64,000 bases of DNA from IMG/VR virus record IMGVR_UViG_3300027396_000015. One strand, 5' to 3'. The notes under the pieces are model-generated. The model did not search any database and was not told the DNA's origin. It was given only the letters and a program-made list of their open reading frames with translations. This stretch comes from an uncultured virus (IMG/VR IMGVR_UViG_3300027396_000015). Lineage: Duplodnaviria > Heunggongvirae > Uroviricota > Caudoviricetes. Positions 41,060 to 49,187 of this stretch are shown here, piece after piece (the stretch's first letter is position 1; each line of letters opens with the position of its first letter). A program made the position numbers and the translations under genes.

Positions 41060-41308
41060 ATGAACTGTGATATTTGTAAAAAAGAATATAGTCCAGATTG
41101 CGACTACAAACAAGGAAGGTGTCCGCACCACAAACCAATGATAGATATTCAATCTAAAGATACAAGTAAGTGGCATTTTAGAATCAGCATCGTTAAAAGC
41201 GGAATGAGATTTGCCGCAGGTTATAGATTAATCCAAGGCGATTTAATTGGAGCAGGAGTGTTTATTATTATTGCTGAAGTATTAGGAATTGCGGAGGAAT
41301 TATTTTGA
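41060..41308 (+). CDS. Small membrane protein with an N-terminal Cys cluster
   Basis: MNCDIC..C....CPH; hydrophobic C-terminus AEVLGIAEELF. Confidence 0.65.
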   Translation: MNCDICKKEYSPDCDYKQGRCPHHKPMIDIQSKDTSKWHFRISIVKSGMRFAAGYRLIQGDLIGAGVFIIIAEVLGIAEELF

Positions 41309-41526
41309 CAGACGAACGATTAGAAGAATTATACGGAACGTATCTGTCATTCACAGATACCATGGCTGGAGAATACGGGCCATTGCCTGTAGCGGCTATT
41401 ATGATTGCACAGGCACTGACCATTTATAAATCTGCGCTAAGTCCAGAAGAATATGACACTATGGTGGATAATATTAGTGAAAGCAGAGATCAAGTTAAAA
41501 CTTTTCAAAAGGCATCGTTACAATGA
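41305..41526 (+). CDS. Hypothetical protein
   Basis: TTG start with SD GGAGG; coupled. Confidence 0.65.
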   Translation: MTDERLEELYGTYLSFTDTMAGEYGPLPVAAIMIAQALTIYKSALSPEEYDTMVDNISESRDQVKTFQKASLQ

Positions 41527-42449
41527 AAGAATTATGGGTAGAAAAGTATCGTCCTAAAACTGTAGATGGTTATGTGTTTAAGGATGAAACACTAAAACAG
41601 CAAATTGAAAAATGGATTAGTCAGAAGGCTATTCCGCACTTGCTGTTTAGCGGCAATGCTGGTACAGGCAAAACTACACTGGCTAAAGTATTGTTAAATG
41701 AAATCGGTGTCGAAGACACAGACATTCTTATTGCTAACGGCAGTAAGGAAGGTCGTAAAATTGAATGGATTGATAAACTAATCGGTTTTTGTCAAACTAT
41801 GCCGTTTGGCGACTATAAAGTTGTGCTGATCGACGAAGCAGATTATATGAACAAAGATTCTGTTCAACCAGCACTACGTAACTTAATGGAAGATTACAGT
41901 AACAGCGTTCGCTTTATTTTTACTTGTAACTATCCACACAGAATTATTACTCCAGTTAAAAGTCGTTGCCAAGAAATTAAAATTGAACGCACAGACATTA
42001 CAGAGTTTACTGCTCGTGTAGCAACTATTCTTGTAGAAGAAAATATCGAATTTGACTTGGATACACTGGACACTTATGTCAAAGGTACATATCCAGATTT
42101 GCGTAAGTGTATTAACAACGTTCAAATGAACAGTTTGGCTGGTAAATTAATACTGCCAGATGCTGTAGAAGGTAGTGCAGATTACAGAGTTGAAATGGTT
42201 GAACTGTTTAAGAAAGGCCGTATTCAAGAAGCACGTAAACTGTTATGTAGTCAAGCCCGTCCAGAAGAAATGGAAGAAATCTACACTTGGATGTACAACA
42301 ACATTACTCTGTTTGGCAAGGACGAGCATACACAAGACAATGCTGTGCTGGTAATTAAACAAGGATTAGTGGATCACGTATCTATGGCAGATCCTGAAAT
42401 TAATCTAGCGGCCACGCTGATTAGATTAGCAAGACTCAATGAAGCCTAA
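41523..42449 (+). CDS. Sliding-clamp loader AAA+ subunit (T4 gp44/RFC-like)
   Basis: LWVEKYRP, GNAGTGKT, IDEAD, SRC. Confidence 0.92.
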   Translation: MKELWVEKYRPKTVDGYVFKDETLKQQIEKWISQKAIPHLLFSGNAGTGKTTLAKVLLNEIGVEDTDILIANGSKEGRKIEWIDKLIGFCQTMPFGDYKVVLIDEADYMNKDSVQPALRNLMEDYSNSVRFIFTCNYPHRIITPVKSRCQEIKIERTDITEFTARVATILVEENIEFDLDTLDTYVKGTYPDLRKCINNVQMNSLAGKLILPDAVEGSADYRVEMVELFKKGRIQEARKLLCSQARPEEMEEIYTWMYNNITLFGKDEHTQDNAVLVIKQGLVDHVSMADPEINLAATLIRLARLNEA

Positions 42450-42888
42450 GTTAGTAAAAGCATACATGAAAACTGCGGAAACATTCGCAGAACTCAGTCA
42501 TGCTCGTCGATTACACGTAGGTGCCATTGTAGTTAAAGACGATAGAATTATTAGTATTGGCTACAATGGTATGCCAGCAGGTTGGGATAATAACTGCGAA
42601 TATGAGATTTGGGAAGATAACGGCGACGATGAACCTGAAACAGTTTTAAAAACTAAACCGGAGGTACTACATGCCGAAACAAACGCCATTGCTAAATTGG
42701 CCCGTAGTAATGAGTCTGGGCTTGGTGCTAATATTTTTATTACTCATGCTCCTTGCCTCGATTGCGCCAAACTTATCTATCAGTCTGGCATTAATCGTGT
42801 TTACTATGGTGAAAACTATAGAGATGACTCGGGGGTCAAGTTTCTCAAAGCATCGGGCATCGAAGTAAAACAAGTGGAGGGGGATTAA
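42439..42888 (+). CDS. dCMP deaminase
   Basis: GYNG, HAETNAI, PCLDC. Confidence 0.92.
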   Translation: MKPKLVKAYMKTAETFAELSHARRLHVGAIVVKDDRIISIGYNGMPAGWDNNCEYEIWEDNGDDEPETVLKTKPEVLHAETNAIAKLARSNESGLGANIFITHAPCLDCAKLIYQSGINRVYYGENYRDDSGVKFLKASGIEVKQVEGD

Positions 42889-42895
42889 CCCCTCC
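42876..42895. terminator. GC-rich hairpin between convergent genes
   Basis: GGAGGGG-GATTAA-CCCCTCC; weak T-tract. Confidence 0.5.
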
Positions 42896-42900
42896 TAGGT

Positions 42901-43656
42901 TTAATCACCGTAAATAGACAACACCTCCTTTACTGCTTCGTGTCTTTCGATATCTTTCATACCAAATTGCACGACGCTTAACAAATCTAGTTGTTTATTT
43001 GCCAATCGCTCCGTGAAATCAATTAAACCGTTATCTTCTAATCTATCGGCTTGTCTTAAATCACCGGTTACGACCATCTTAGAGCCTTCTCCCAATCTCG
43101 TTAGCAACATCTTCATTTGATTTGGCGTAGCATTTTGCATTTCATCTGCAATAATGTATGCCTTCTTGAAGGTTCGACCTCTCATATATGCTAACGGGCT
43201 AATTTCAATAACACCTTCTCGGATCATATTCTCGATATCGCGAGCGTAATAGTACTCGGCTAGCACATCAAAGATGGGTCTAGTCCAGGGAGCCATTTTT
43301 TGCTCTAGGGTACCAGGAAGGAATCCATGATCTTCGTCTACAGAAACAGCAGGGCGTGTTACCACGATTTTATCTACCAACCCTTCTTTAAAGAGTTTAA
43401 TACCGACTTGACACGCTATCAGCGTCTTGCCCGTGCCAGCGGGGCCCAGAGCAAAAACTATGTTTTTTGATGGGTCTAATAGTTTAAATAGATATTCTTC
43501 CTGATTACGGTTGCGCGGAATTACGTGTACGCTCTTTTTCTTCTGTGGAAGACTTTGAGGAAGTGTGTGTTGAAATGGTTGAAACTCAATAACATTTGCT
43601 CGAGGATTATTATAGCCCTCGTTGGCAAAACGTTTTTTGGCTCTTTTTGTCGTCAT
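42901..43656 (-). CDS. phoH: PhoH-like ATPase
   Basis: GPAGTGKT, GFLPG, YMRGRTF, DEMQN, GDLRQ.D; start placed at MTTKR with SD GGAG. Confidence 0.92.
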   Translation of the reverse strand: MTTKRAKKRFANEGYNNPRANVIEFQPFQHTLPQSLPQKKKSVHVIPRNRNQEEYLFKLLDPSKNIVFALGPAGTGKTLIACQVGIKLFKEGLVDKIVVTRPAVSVDEDHGFLPGTLEQKMAPWTRPIFDVLAEYYYARDIENMIREGVIEISPLAYMRGRTFKKAYIIADEMQNATPNQMKMLLTRLGEGSKMVVTGDLRQADRLEDNGLIDFTERLANKQLDLLSVVQFGMKDIERHEAVKEVLSIYGD

Positions 43657-43814
43657 TAACTGCTCTCCTTTTGAGGCGTAGGACGTCATATTGTCACACT
43701 TCTTGTAGGACAACTGAGAGGTCCTACAAAAATATTTAACATCTAGAAGAAAAATAGAACTGATACTATATCAAAATCGTCTAGATAAATACTTCATCGA
43801 GGGATGACTGAAAA

Positions 43815-44381
43815 ATGCACGATATTTTAGATATTATAGAAAACATCAACACCATATATAACAACAATAGTAGCCTTGCAATCCTTAAGGATTTCGAGCG
43901 TGTATTTGACGAGTTGGATATGTATGTATTTGAAAACTGGCGCGATGGAGAACTTATCAAAGGACCTGTCGTTGACCGTCATTGGGTCAGTGCTAGTTTT
44001 ATGTGGCCTCACAAACAAATGCCTAACCCGCAGGCCGCAAAGCGTTTGATGGAATACGGCTGTCGAGTAATTTACAAAAAAGATACATTAGTCAAGCCTA
44101 GAGAAATTAAAGAACCTGACGACATTCGTCCAGGTACAAAACTTGGTAAACTAGACGAGCATCCAATTTGGATTGTAGAAGTACAGATGCCTAAGAAGTT
44201 AATGTTAGAAATTTTCCGTGGATATCATAACCAATTAATGGACGAACTAGAGCCAGCAAATAATGAAAAGGCGCCAGAGCTTACACCTCCACCAGCAGGT
44301 GAAGCCACAGCAGGCGCACCACCAGCGGCCGCAGCCGCTCCAGCACCAGGAGGAGAAGCAAGTGCCCCACCAGCCGCTTAA
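43815..44381 (+). CDS. Conserved hypothetical late protein with a Pro/Ala tail
   Basis: 188 aa; GATAAATA at 43784. Confidence 0.75.
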   Translation: MHDILDIIENINTIYNNNSSLAILKDFERVFDELDMYVFENWRDGELIKGPVVDRHWVSASFMWPHKQMPNPQAAKRLMEYGCRVIYKKDTLVKPREIKEPDDIRPGTKLGKLDEHPIWIVEVQMPKKLMLEIFRGYHNQLMDELEPANNEKAPELTPPPAGEATAGAPPAAAAAPAPGGEASAPPAA

Positions 44382-45105
44382 TGAAACAAGTTTACTAGCC
44401 AACGATCTAGTTAATCTAGTAAATCGTGTATTCGAAGTAGACAATTATAAATCTAAAATGGGCGACGACGAAGATGTCGTTGTTTTAAGTTTTACTGTGG
44501 AAAGTCGCAGTCCGGCAGAAGACTTAGTTAGTTTTGTAGAAAAAGGTTACGACTTTGTTCTAGATGCTGACATGAGTCCCGGTGAATTAGAAGATGGAAA
44601 ATATCGTGTGTTTGTAGAATTACAAAGAACAAGTAAAGTTACAGAACAAATCAGCGATATGTTATATGGTATTTCTAAACTAGCAGGCATTGACAAGTTT
44701 GCTTTTAGATATCATAAGAGTTTTGATAGCCTAGAGGCTAATCAAGAAAAACTAGATGAAATTATTCCTACTAATCCTATGTTGTACAAACAACGTATGC
44801 AGGAACAGGAACTAAATAGTTACGAACAGTTCTTCAACAATAGTATGTTAGAAAGTGTTCGTATGCACGGCGACATTATTGAATTTAAAAAGGTGTACGC
44901 TGAGCCATTAAAGTTCAAATATCTAGTTTCCGGCGGTACAAGAGAAGTATTAGAAAGTGTCGAAGACAGGATTGCTGTCTCATACAACGACATGGCCGAA
45001 GTTATGTTTTTAACCAAGTACATTGGCAACTACAACATTACCAAACTGGGCAACAAGTTCATGTTTGAAAACAAAGGCCGTGCAGTTATTTTGGAGAAAC
45101 TATAA
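44362..45105 (+). CDS. Conserved hypothetical protein
   Basis: GTG start after AGGAG; YKSKMGDDEDVVVLSF. Confidence 0.7.
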   Translation: MPHQPLNETSLLANDLVNLVNRVFEVDNYKSKMGDDEDVVVLSFTVESRSPAEDLVSFVEKGYDFVLDADMSPGELEDGKYRVFVELQRTSKVTEQISDMLYGISKLAGIDKFAFRYHKSFDSLEANQEKLDEIIPTNPMLYKQRMQEQELNSYEQFFNNSMLESVRMHGDIIEFKKVYAEPLKFKYLVSGGTREVLESVEDRIAVSYNDMAEVMFLTKYIGNYNITKLGNKFMFENKGRAVILEKL

Positions 45106-45731
45106 TGAGTTTTACGTTTGATTTTAAGAAAGAGCATTTAGCAGATATTATTCATGGCAATCCTTATGTGGATCACTGGTATCATGCGTTATGCGAAATA
45201 CTTCCAGAGTATGATATTAATACTCCAGAACGTGTAGCGGCTTTCCTAGCACAATGCGCTCATGAAAGTGGTGGGTTCAAATTCTTAAAAGAAAATTTAA
45301 ATTACAAAGCCGCAAGTTTACGCAAAGTATTTCCTAAGTATTTTCCAACAGATGAATTAGCACAAGCATATGAAAAGAAACCAGAGAAAATCGCTAACAG
45401 AATTTATGGCAACCGCATGGGTAACGGACCAGAAGAGTCCGGAGATGGTTTCCGCTACTGTGGCAGAGGTCTTATCCAACTTACCGGAAAAGACAATTAC
45501 AGTTGGTTTGCCGCTAGCCTTGAAATCCCAGTTGAAGAAGCATCAGAATACCTAGAAACATTTGAAGGTGCTGTACAAAGTGCCTGCTGGTTCTGGGAAA
45601 CAAATAACCTAAACCAATGGGCAGACAAGGGCGACATCCTTACATTAACAAAACGCATTAACGGCGGAACAATTGGTTTAGAAGACCGTATCAAGCATTA
45701 CAATCACGCACTACACGTATTAGGAGCATAA
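45105..45731 (+). CDS. Glycoside hydrolase family 19 endolysin
   Basis: FLAQCAHESGG, YCGRGLIQLTGKDNY, TKRINGG..GLEDR. Confidence 0.92.
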   Translation: MSFTFDFKKEHLADIIHGNPYVDHWYHALCEILPEYDINTPERVAAFLAQCAHESGGFKFLKENLNYKAASLRKVFPKYFPTDELAQAYEKKPEKIANRIYGNRMGNGPEESGDGFRYCGRGLIQLTGKDNYSWFAASLEIPVEEASEYLETFEGAVQSACWFWETNNLNQWADKGDILTLTKRINGGTIGLEDRIKHYNHALHVLGA

Positions 45732-45732
45732 T

Positions 45733-46194
45733 ATGTGGCTACTTGCGTGGGTACCAGATAGTTTTTTACTGTGGATTATTCATACAGTTCTTCTGGCAGG
45801 TATTGTAGGAACAGTTCTAAGTTTCTTTTTATTACATAGAATTGTTCGCTGGTTTCCAGCATTAGCACCATATCACTTATTAATTCAAATAGTCAGCGTG
45901 ACTTTATTAGTAGGCGGTGTTTATTTCAAAGGTGGATACGACACAGAAGCAAGTTGGAGAGCTAAAGTTGCAGAACTAGAACTTCAAGTTGCTAAAATGA
46001 ACGACCAGTCCACAGAACTTAATAAAAAGTTAGAAGACGAACGAAAGAAAAAACAAAAAGTTCGTGTTGAATATTACAACACCGTTAAAACTGAAATTAA
46101 AGAAGTTGAAAAACAAATTAACGCAGATTGTAAGTTAGATCCTAAAGTCAATGATCTAATTAACAAAGCCGCTAAGAATCCGGAGGCAAAATGA
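45733..46194 (+). CDS. Inner-membrane spanin-like protein
   Basis: N-terminal TM helices followed by a coiled coil; directly after the endolysin. Confidence 0.6.
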   Translation: MWLLAWVPDSFLLWIIHTVLLAGIVGTVLSFFLLHRIVRWFPALAPYHLLIQIVSVTLLVGGVYFKGGYDTEASWRAKVAELELQVAKMNDQSTELNKKLEDERKKKQKVRVEYYNTVKTEIKEVEKQINADCKLDPKVNDLINKAAKNPEAK

Positions 46195-46451
46195 AAAGAT
46201 TACTCCTATTGATTCCCGCAGTATTGTTAACTGGTTGTTTAACAACAATTCCACCATTTCCTGAAGTTCCTAAAGAATTGCTGGAGGCTTGCCCAGACTT
46301 AAAAACTGTAGATCCACAAAACGACAAATTAAGCACTATTGTAGATACTGTAGCAGATAACTACAAACAATACTACGACTGTAAGGCTAAAGTTGACGAT
46401 TGGATCGAATGGTACAACGGGCAGAAAAAAATCAGAGATAGTGTTAAATAA
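46191..46451 (+). CDS. Outer-membrane spanin-like lipoprotein
   Basis: Lipobox LLTGC followed by a Pro-rich segment. Confidence 0.65.
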   Translation: MKRLLLLIPAVLLTGCLTTIPPFPEVPKELLEACPDLKTVDPQNDKLSTIVDTVADNYKQYYDCKAKVDDWIEWYNGQKKIRDSVK

Positions 46452-46476
46452 TAGTATATTATAAAGGAGCCGAGAA

Positions 46477-47040
46477 GTGGCATTACATGATTCAATTTTA
46501 AAACTAATCAATAAAGAACCTAAGGACGAAAGCGCACCAAAGCCAGCACCCGGTTCTCGCAGTGAGCGTGAAGCAAAGATTAAAGATAAAGCAGGTATGG
46601 TTATTTCTGTATTTGCATTATTCCTAGCAGTAAACAGTTGGTACGGTGGTAAATTGTCTAGTACAGTTTTAAACAATACACTAGGTGCTAACAATGCTTG
46701 GGCACAATATCAAGCGAAAAACAATCGTTTAGTTAGTTACGAAATTGCTAGTAAGACTACTAGCGATCCTAAACTACGTGCAGAGTTTAAAGCAGAAGCA
46801 GAACGCATGGACAGTGATAAGAAAGAAATTGCTGTAAATGCACGTAAGATGGAAGCAGAGCGTGAACACGCTAAAAAATCTAGTCCATGGATTGGTTATG
46901 CTAGTACAGCATATCAGTTAGCCATTGTTGTTCTATCAGCAAGTATTCTTGCAGTTAGTATGGCAATGTTTTGGAGCAGTTTTGTAGTAGCAGGTATCGG
47001 ACTAGTATTAAGCCTAAACGGTTTATTCCTCTGGTTCTAA
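46477..47040 (+). CDS. Membrane protein (DUF4337-like)
   Basis: TM, then WAQYQAK, a coiled coil and two TMs. Confidence 0.6.
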   Translation: MALHDSILKLINKEPKDESAPKPAPGSRSEREAKIKDKAGMVISVFALFLAVNSWYGGKLSSTVLNNTLGANNAWAQYQAKNNRLVSYEIASKTTSDPKLRAEFKAEAERMDSDKKEIAVNARKMEAEREHAKKSSPWIGYASTAYQLAIVVLSASILAVSMAMFWSSFVVAGIGLVLSLNGLFLWF

Positions 47041-47058
47041 AAATTAAAAGGAGCGAAT

Positions 47059-47580
47059 ATGAGCGAGTATAAAGATATGAGTGATTCAGAAAAGAAAAAA
47101 GAAGATTGGATGAACAGTAAATGGCGTCCAATGATGGGCTGGTTATACATGGGCGTTTGTGCATTTGACTTCGTTCTATTTCCAATCCTATGGTCAATGT
47201 TACAAGCAATTATGCACGTATCACAAATTACACAATGGCAACCATTGACATTACAAGGTGCTGGATTATTCCACATCGCAATGGGTGCTGTTCTAGGTAT
47301 CGCGGCAATGGGTCGCACACAAGAAAAATTAGCAGGAGCAAACAATGGCGGAGCACCAACCACAGCACCAAGCGGCTTTACAGCACCTAGCGCACCTTCA
47401 ACAGGATTTGGTGCCGCACCTGGGACTTTCGGTTCTGCAACACCAAGCCCAGCACCAGCACCAAGTGGCTTTGGCGGAGGCGGGTTTGGAAGCACACCTA
47501 AGGCAACTCCAGCGCCAGCAGTAGGATTCTCAAGCAGTGGCAAACCAATGCCTGTACAACCAGAACAACCAGAACTCTAA
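47059..47580 (+). CDS. Putative holin (3TM/GTA-holin-like) with a Pro/Gly tail
   Basis: KWRPMMGW, FHIAMGAVLG, GRTQEK. Confidence 0.6.
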   Translation: MSEYKDMSDSEKKKEDWMNSKWRPMMGWLYMGVCAFDFVLFPILWSMLQAIMHVSQITQWQPLTLQGAGLFHIAMGAVLGIAAMGRTQEKLAGANNGGAPTTAPSGFTAPSAPSTGFGAAPGTFGSATPSPAPAPSGFGGGGFGSTPKATPAPAVGFSSSGKPMPVQPEQPEL

Positions 47581-47592
47581 AAGGAGAGACAA

Positions 47593-47805
47593 ATGAAAAC
47601 ATTCTTAGCATTATTATTAACAGCGGCATTTGCAATGCCAACAATGGCTGCTGAAGAAGCACCAAAAACTAAAAAGGCTTGCGTAACTCAAAAGGACGCA
47701 AAAACTGGTAAGGAAAAAGAAGTTTGTAAAACAGTCAAAGTACACAAAAAGCACGAAGGTACCAAAGTAGAAGGTACTAAGCCAGATACAGCGACTAAGA
47801 AATAA
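47593..47805 (+). CDS. Small secreted Lys-rich protein
   Basis: Signal peptide MKTFLALLLTAAFAMPTMA; two Cys. Confidence 0.7.
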   Translation: MKTFLALLLTAAFAMPTMAAEEAPKTKKACVTQKDAKTGKEKEVCKTVKVHKKHEGTKVEGTKPDTATKK

Positions 47806-47809
47806 ATTC

Positions 47810-47856
47810 TTGACATCCTAAGAAAGGTATAGTATAATTACTACTATACCTTTTTT
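47810..47856 (+). promoter_or_regulatory. sigma70 promoter overlapping a terminator-like hairpin
   Basis: TTGACA-N17-TATAAT (47810-47838); stem AAAGGTATAGTA/TACTATACCTTT plus a T-run. Confidence 0.75.
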
Positions 47857-47867
47857 CATCATACACT

Positions 47868-48691
47868 ATGGATTATTATTCAATACTAGGAGTTTCAAAA
47901 TCTGCTAGCCAAGACGATATCAAAAAAGCATATCGTAAATTGGCTTCAAAGCACCATCCTGACAGAGGCGGCGATACTTCTAAATTTCAACAAATTGAAG
48001 AAGCATATCGCACCCTTAGTGATGACCAAAAACGAGCTCAATACGACAACCCAATGCCACAGTATAGTTTTCATACTGCAATATGAACGACATGAATGAT
48101 TTGTTTGGTGCCATGTTTGGTGCTAATCCCTTTGGTGCTGGCTTTAGACAGCAGTCCAGAAAGAACAGGAATATCAATATCCGTGTCGAAATGACTTTAG
48201 AAGAAATACTTGTCGGCAAAGAAGTTACTGGCAGTATCAGATTACCTAGTGGAAAAGAACAGGCACTACAATTAAGTATTCCTGCAGGTGTACAAAACGG
48301 TGACTCAATTCGTTTTAGAGGATTAGGAGACGACAGCATTCCTAATATGCCTAGGGGCGATGTAATAGCACAAATTATTGAACTTCCACATCCAAGATTC
48401 AAACGTGATGGCAGGAACTTATATGCAGAAGTAGAAATTTCTGCGTTTGATGCTATGTTAGGAAAAACAATCCGCTTTAAAACATTAGAAGACAAAGAAT
48501 TAGAAATCAAAGTTCCGGCAGGCATACAACCTAGTCAAATGATTAAGTGTGATAGTTACGGACTTCCAGTCGGTCCACACAATCATCAAAGAGGAAATTT
48601 GTTTATACAAGTACAAATTACAATTCCCAAAATACTATTCACGGAAGATAAGATTCAAATTGAGCAACTTTCAGACCGTTACAGAACCTAA
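47868..48691 (+). CDS. dnaJ: DnaJ/CbpA-like chaperone, split by a frameshift near 48079
   Basis: J-domain with HPD in 47868..48086; G/F region and C-terminal domain in 48083..48691. Confidence 0.85.
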
Positions 48692-49187
48692 AGATTTTTA
48701 TCTTAGAACAGATCCAGACCCAATACTCTATACAAAATTAGAGCCCTTTGATTTTAATTGCGGCATCGATCCTAACCAAATAGAACAAGCCATGGTCGAG
48801 ATAATGCTAGGCGGCCGTGGCATCGGCATTGCCGCTAATCAAGTTGGATTTGATCGCAGAGTTGTTGTAGTCAAACCTAGTGGGCAAGAACCATTTGCCA
48901 TGTTTAATCCCGAAATTGTCAGCGGATCCGACGAGTGTATAGACGAGGAAGGCTGTTTGAGTTTTCCAAATTTGTTCATAAAGATTAACAGATTTAATAA
49001 TATTACAATAAAATATCTTGACAAGACAGCAAAAGAATGTACAATTACATTAAGTGGTTATGACGCCAAGTGTATTCAACATGAAATTGACCACTTAGAC
49101 GGCATTACTTTTACCAAAAGAGTAAGTAAGTTAAAGTTAGATTTAGCACTGAAAAAACAGAGGAAATTAAATGGTAGAACCAAGTGA
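48660..49187 (+). CDS. def: Peptide deformylase (start uncertain)
   Basis: GIGIAANQVG, EGCLS, QHEIDHLDG. Confidence 0.92.
   Translation: MSNFQTVTEPKDFYLRTDPDPILYTKLEPFDFNCGIDPNQIEQAMVEIMLGGRGIGIAANQVGFDRRVVVVKPSGQEPFAMFNPEIVSGSDECIDEEGCLSFPNLFIKINRFNNITIKYLDKTAKECTITLSGYDAKCIQHEIDHLDGITFTKRVSKLKLDLALKKQRKLNGRTK

Noticed and set aside
49018..49045. TTGACA-N16-TACAAT inside def as a clpA promoter
   Set aside because: It is plausible, but the spacing is suboptimal and it lies within a coding region, so it is not supported well enough.
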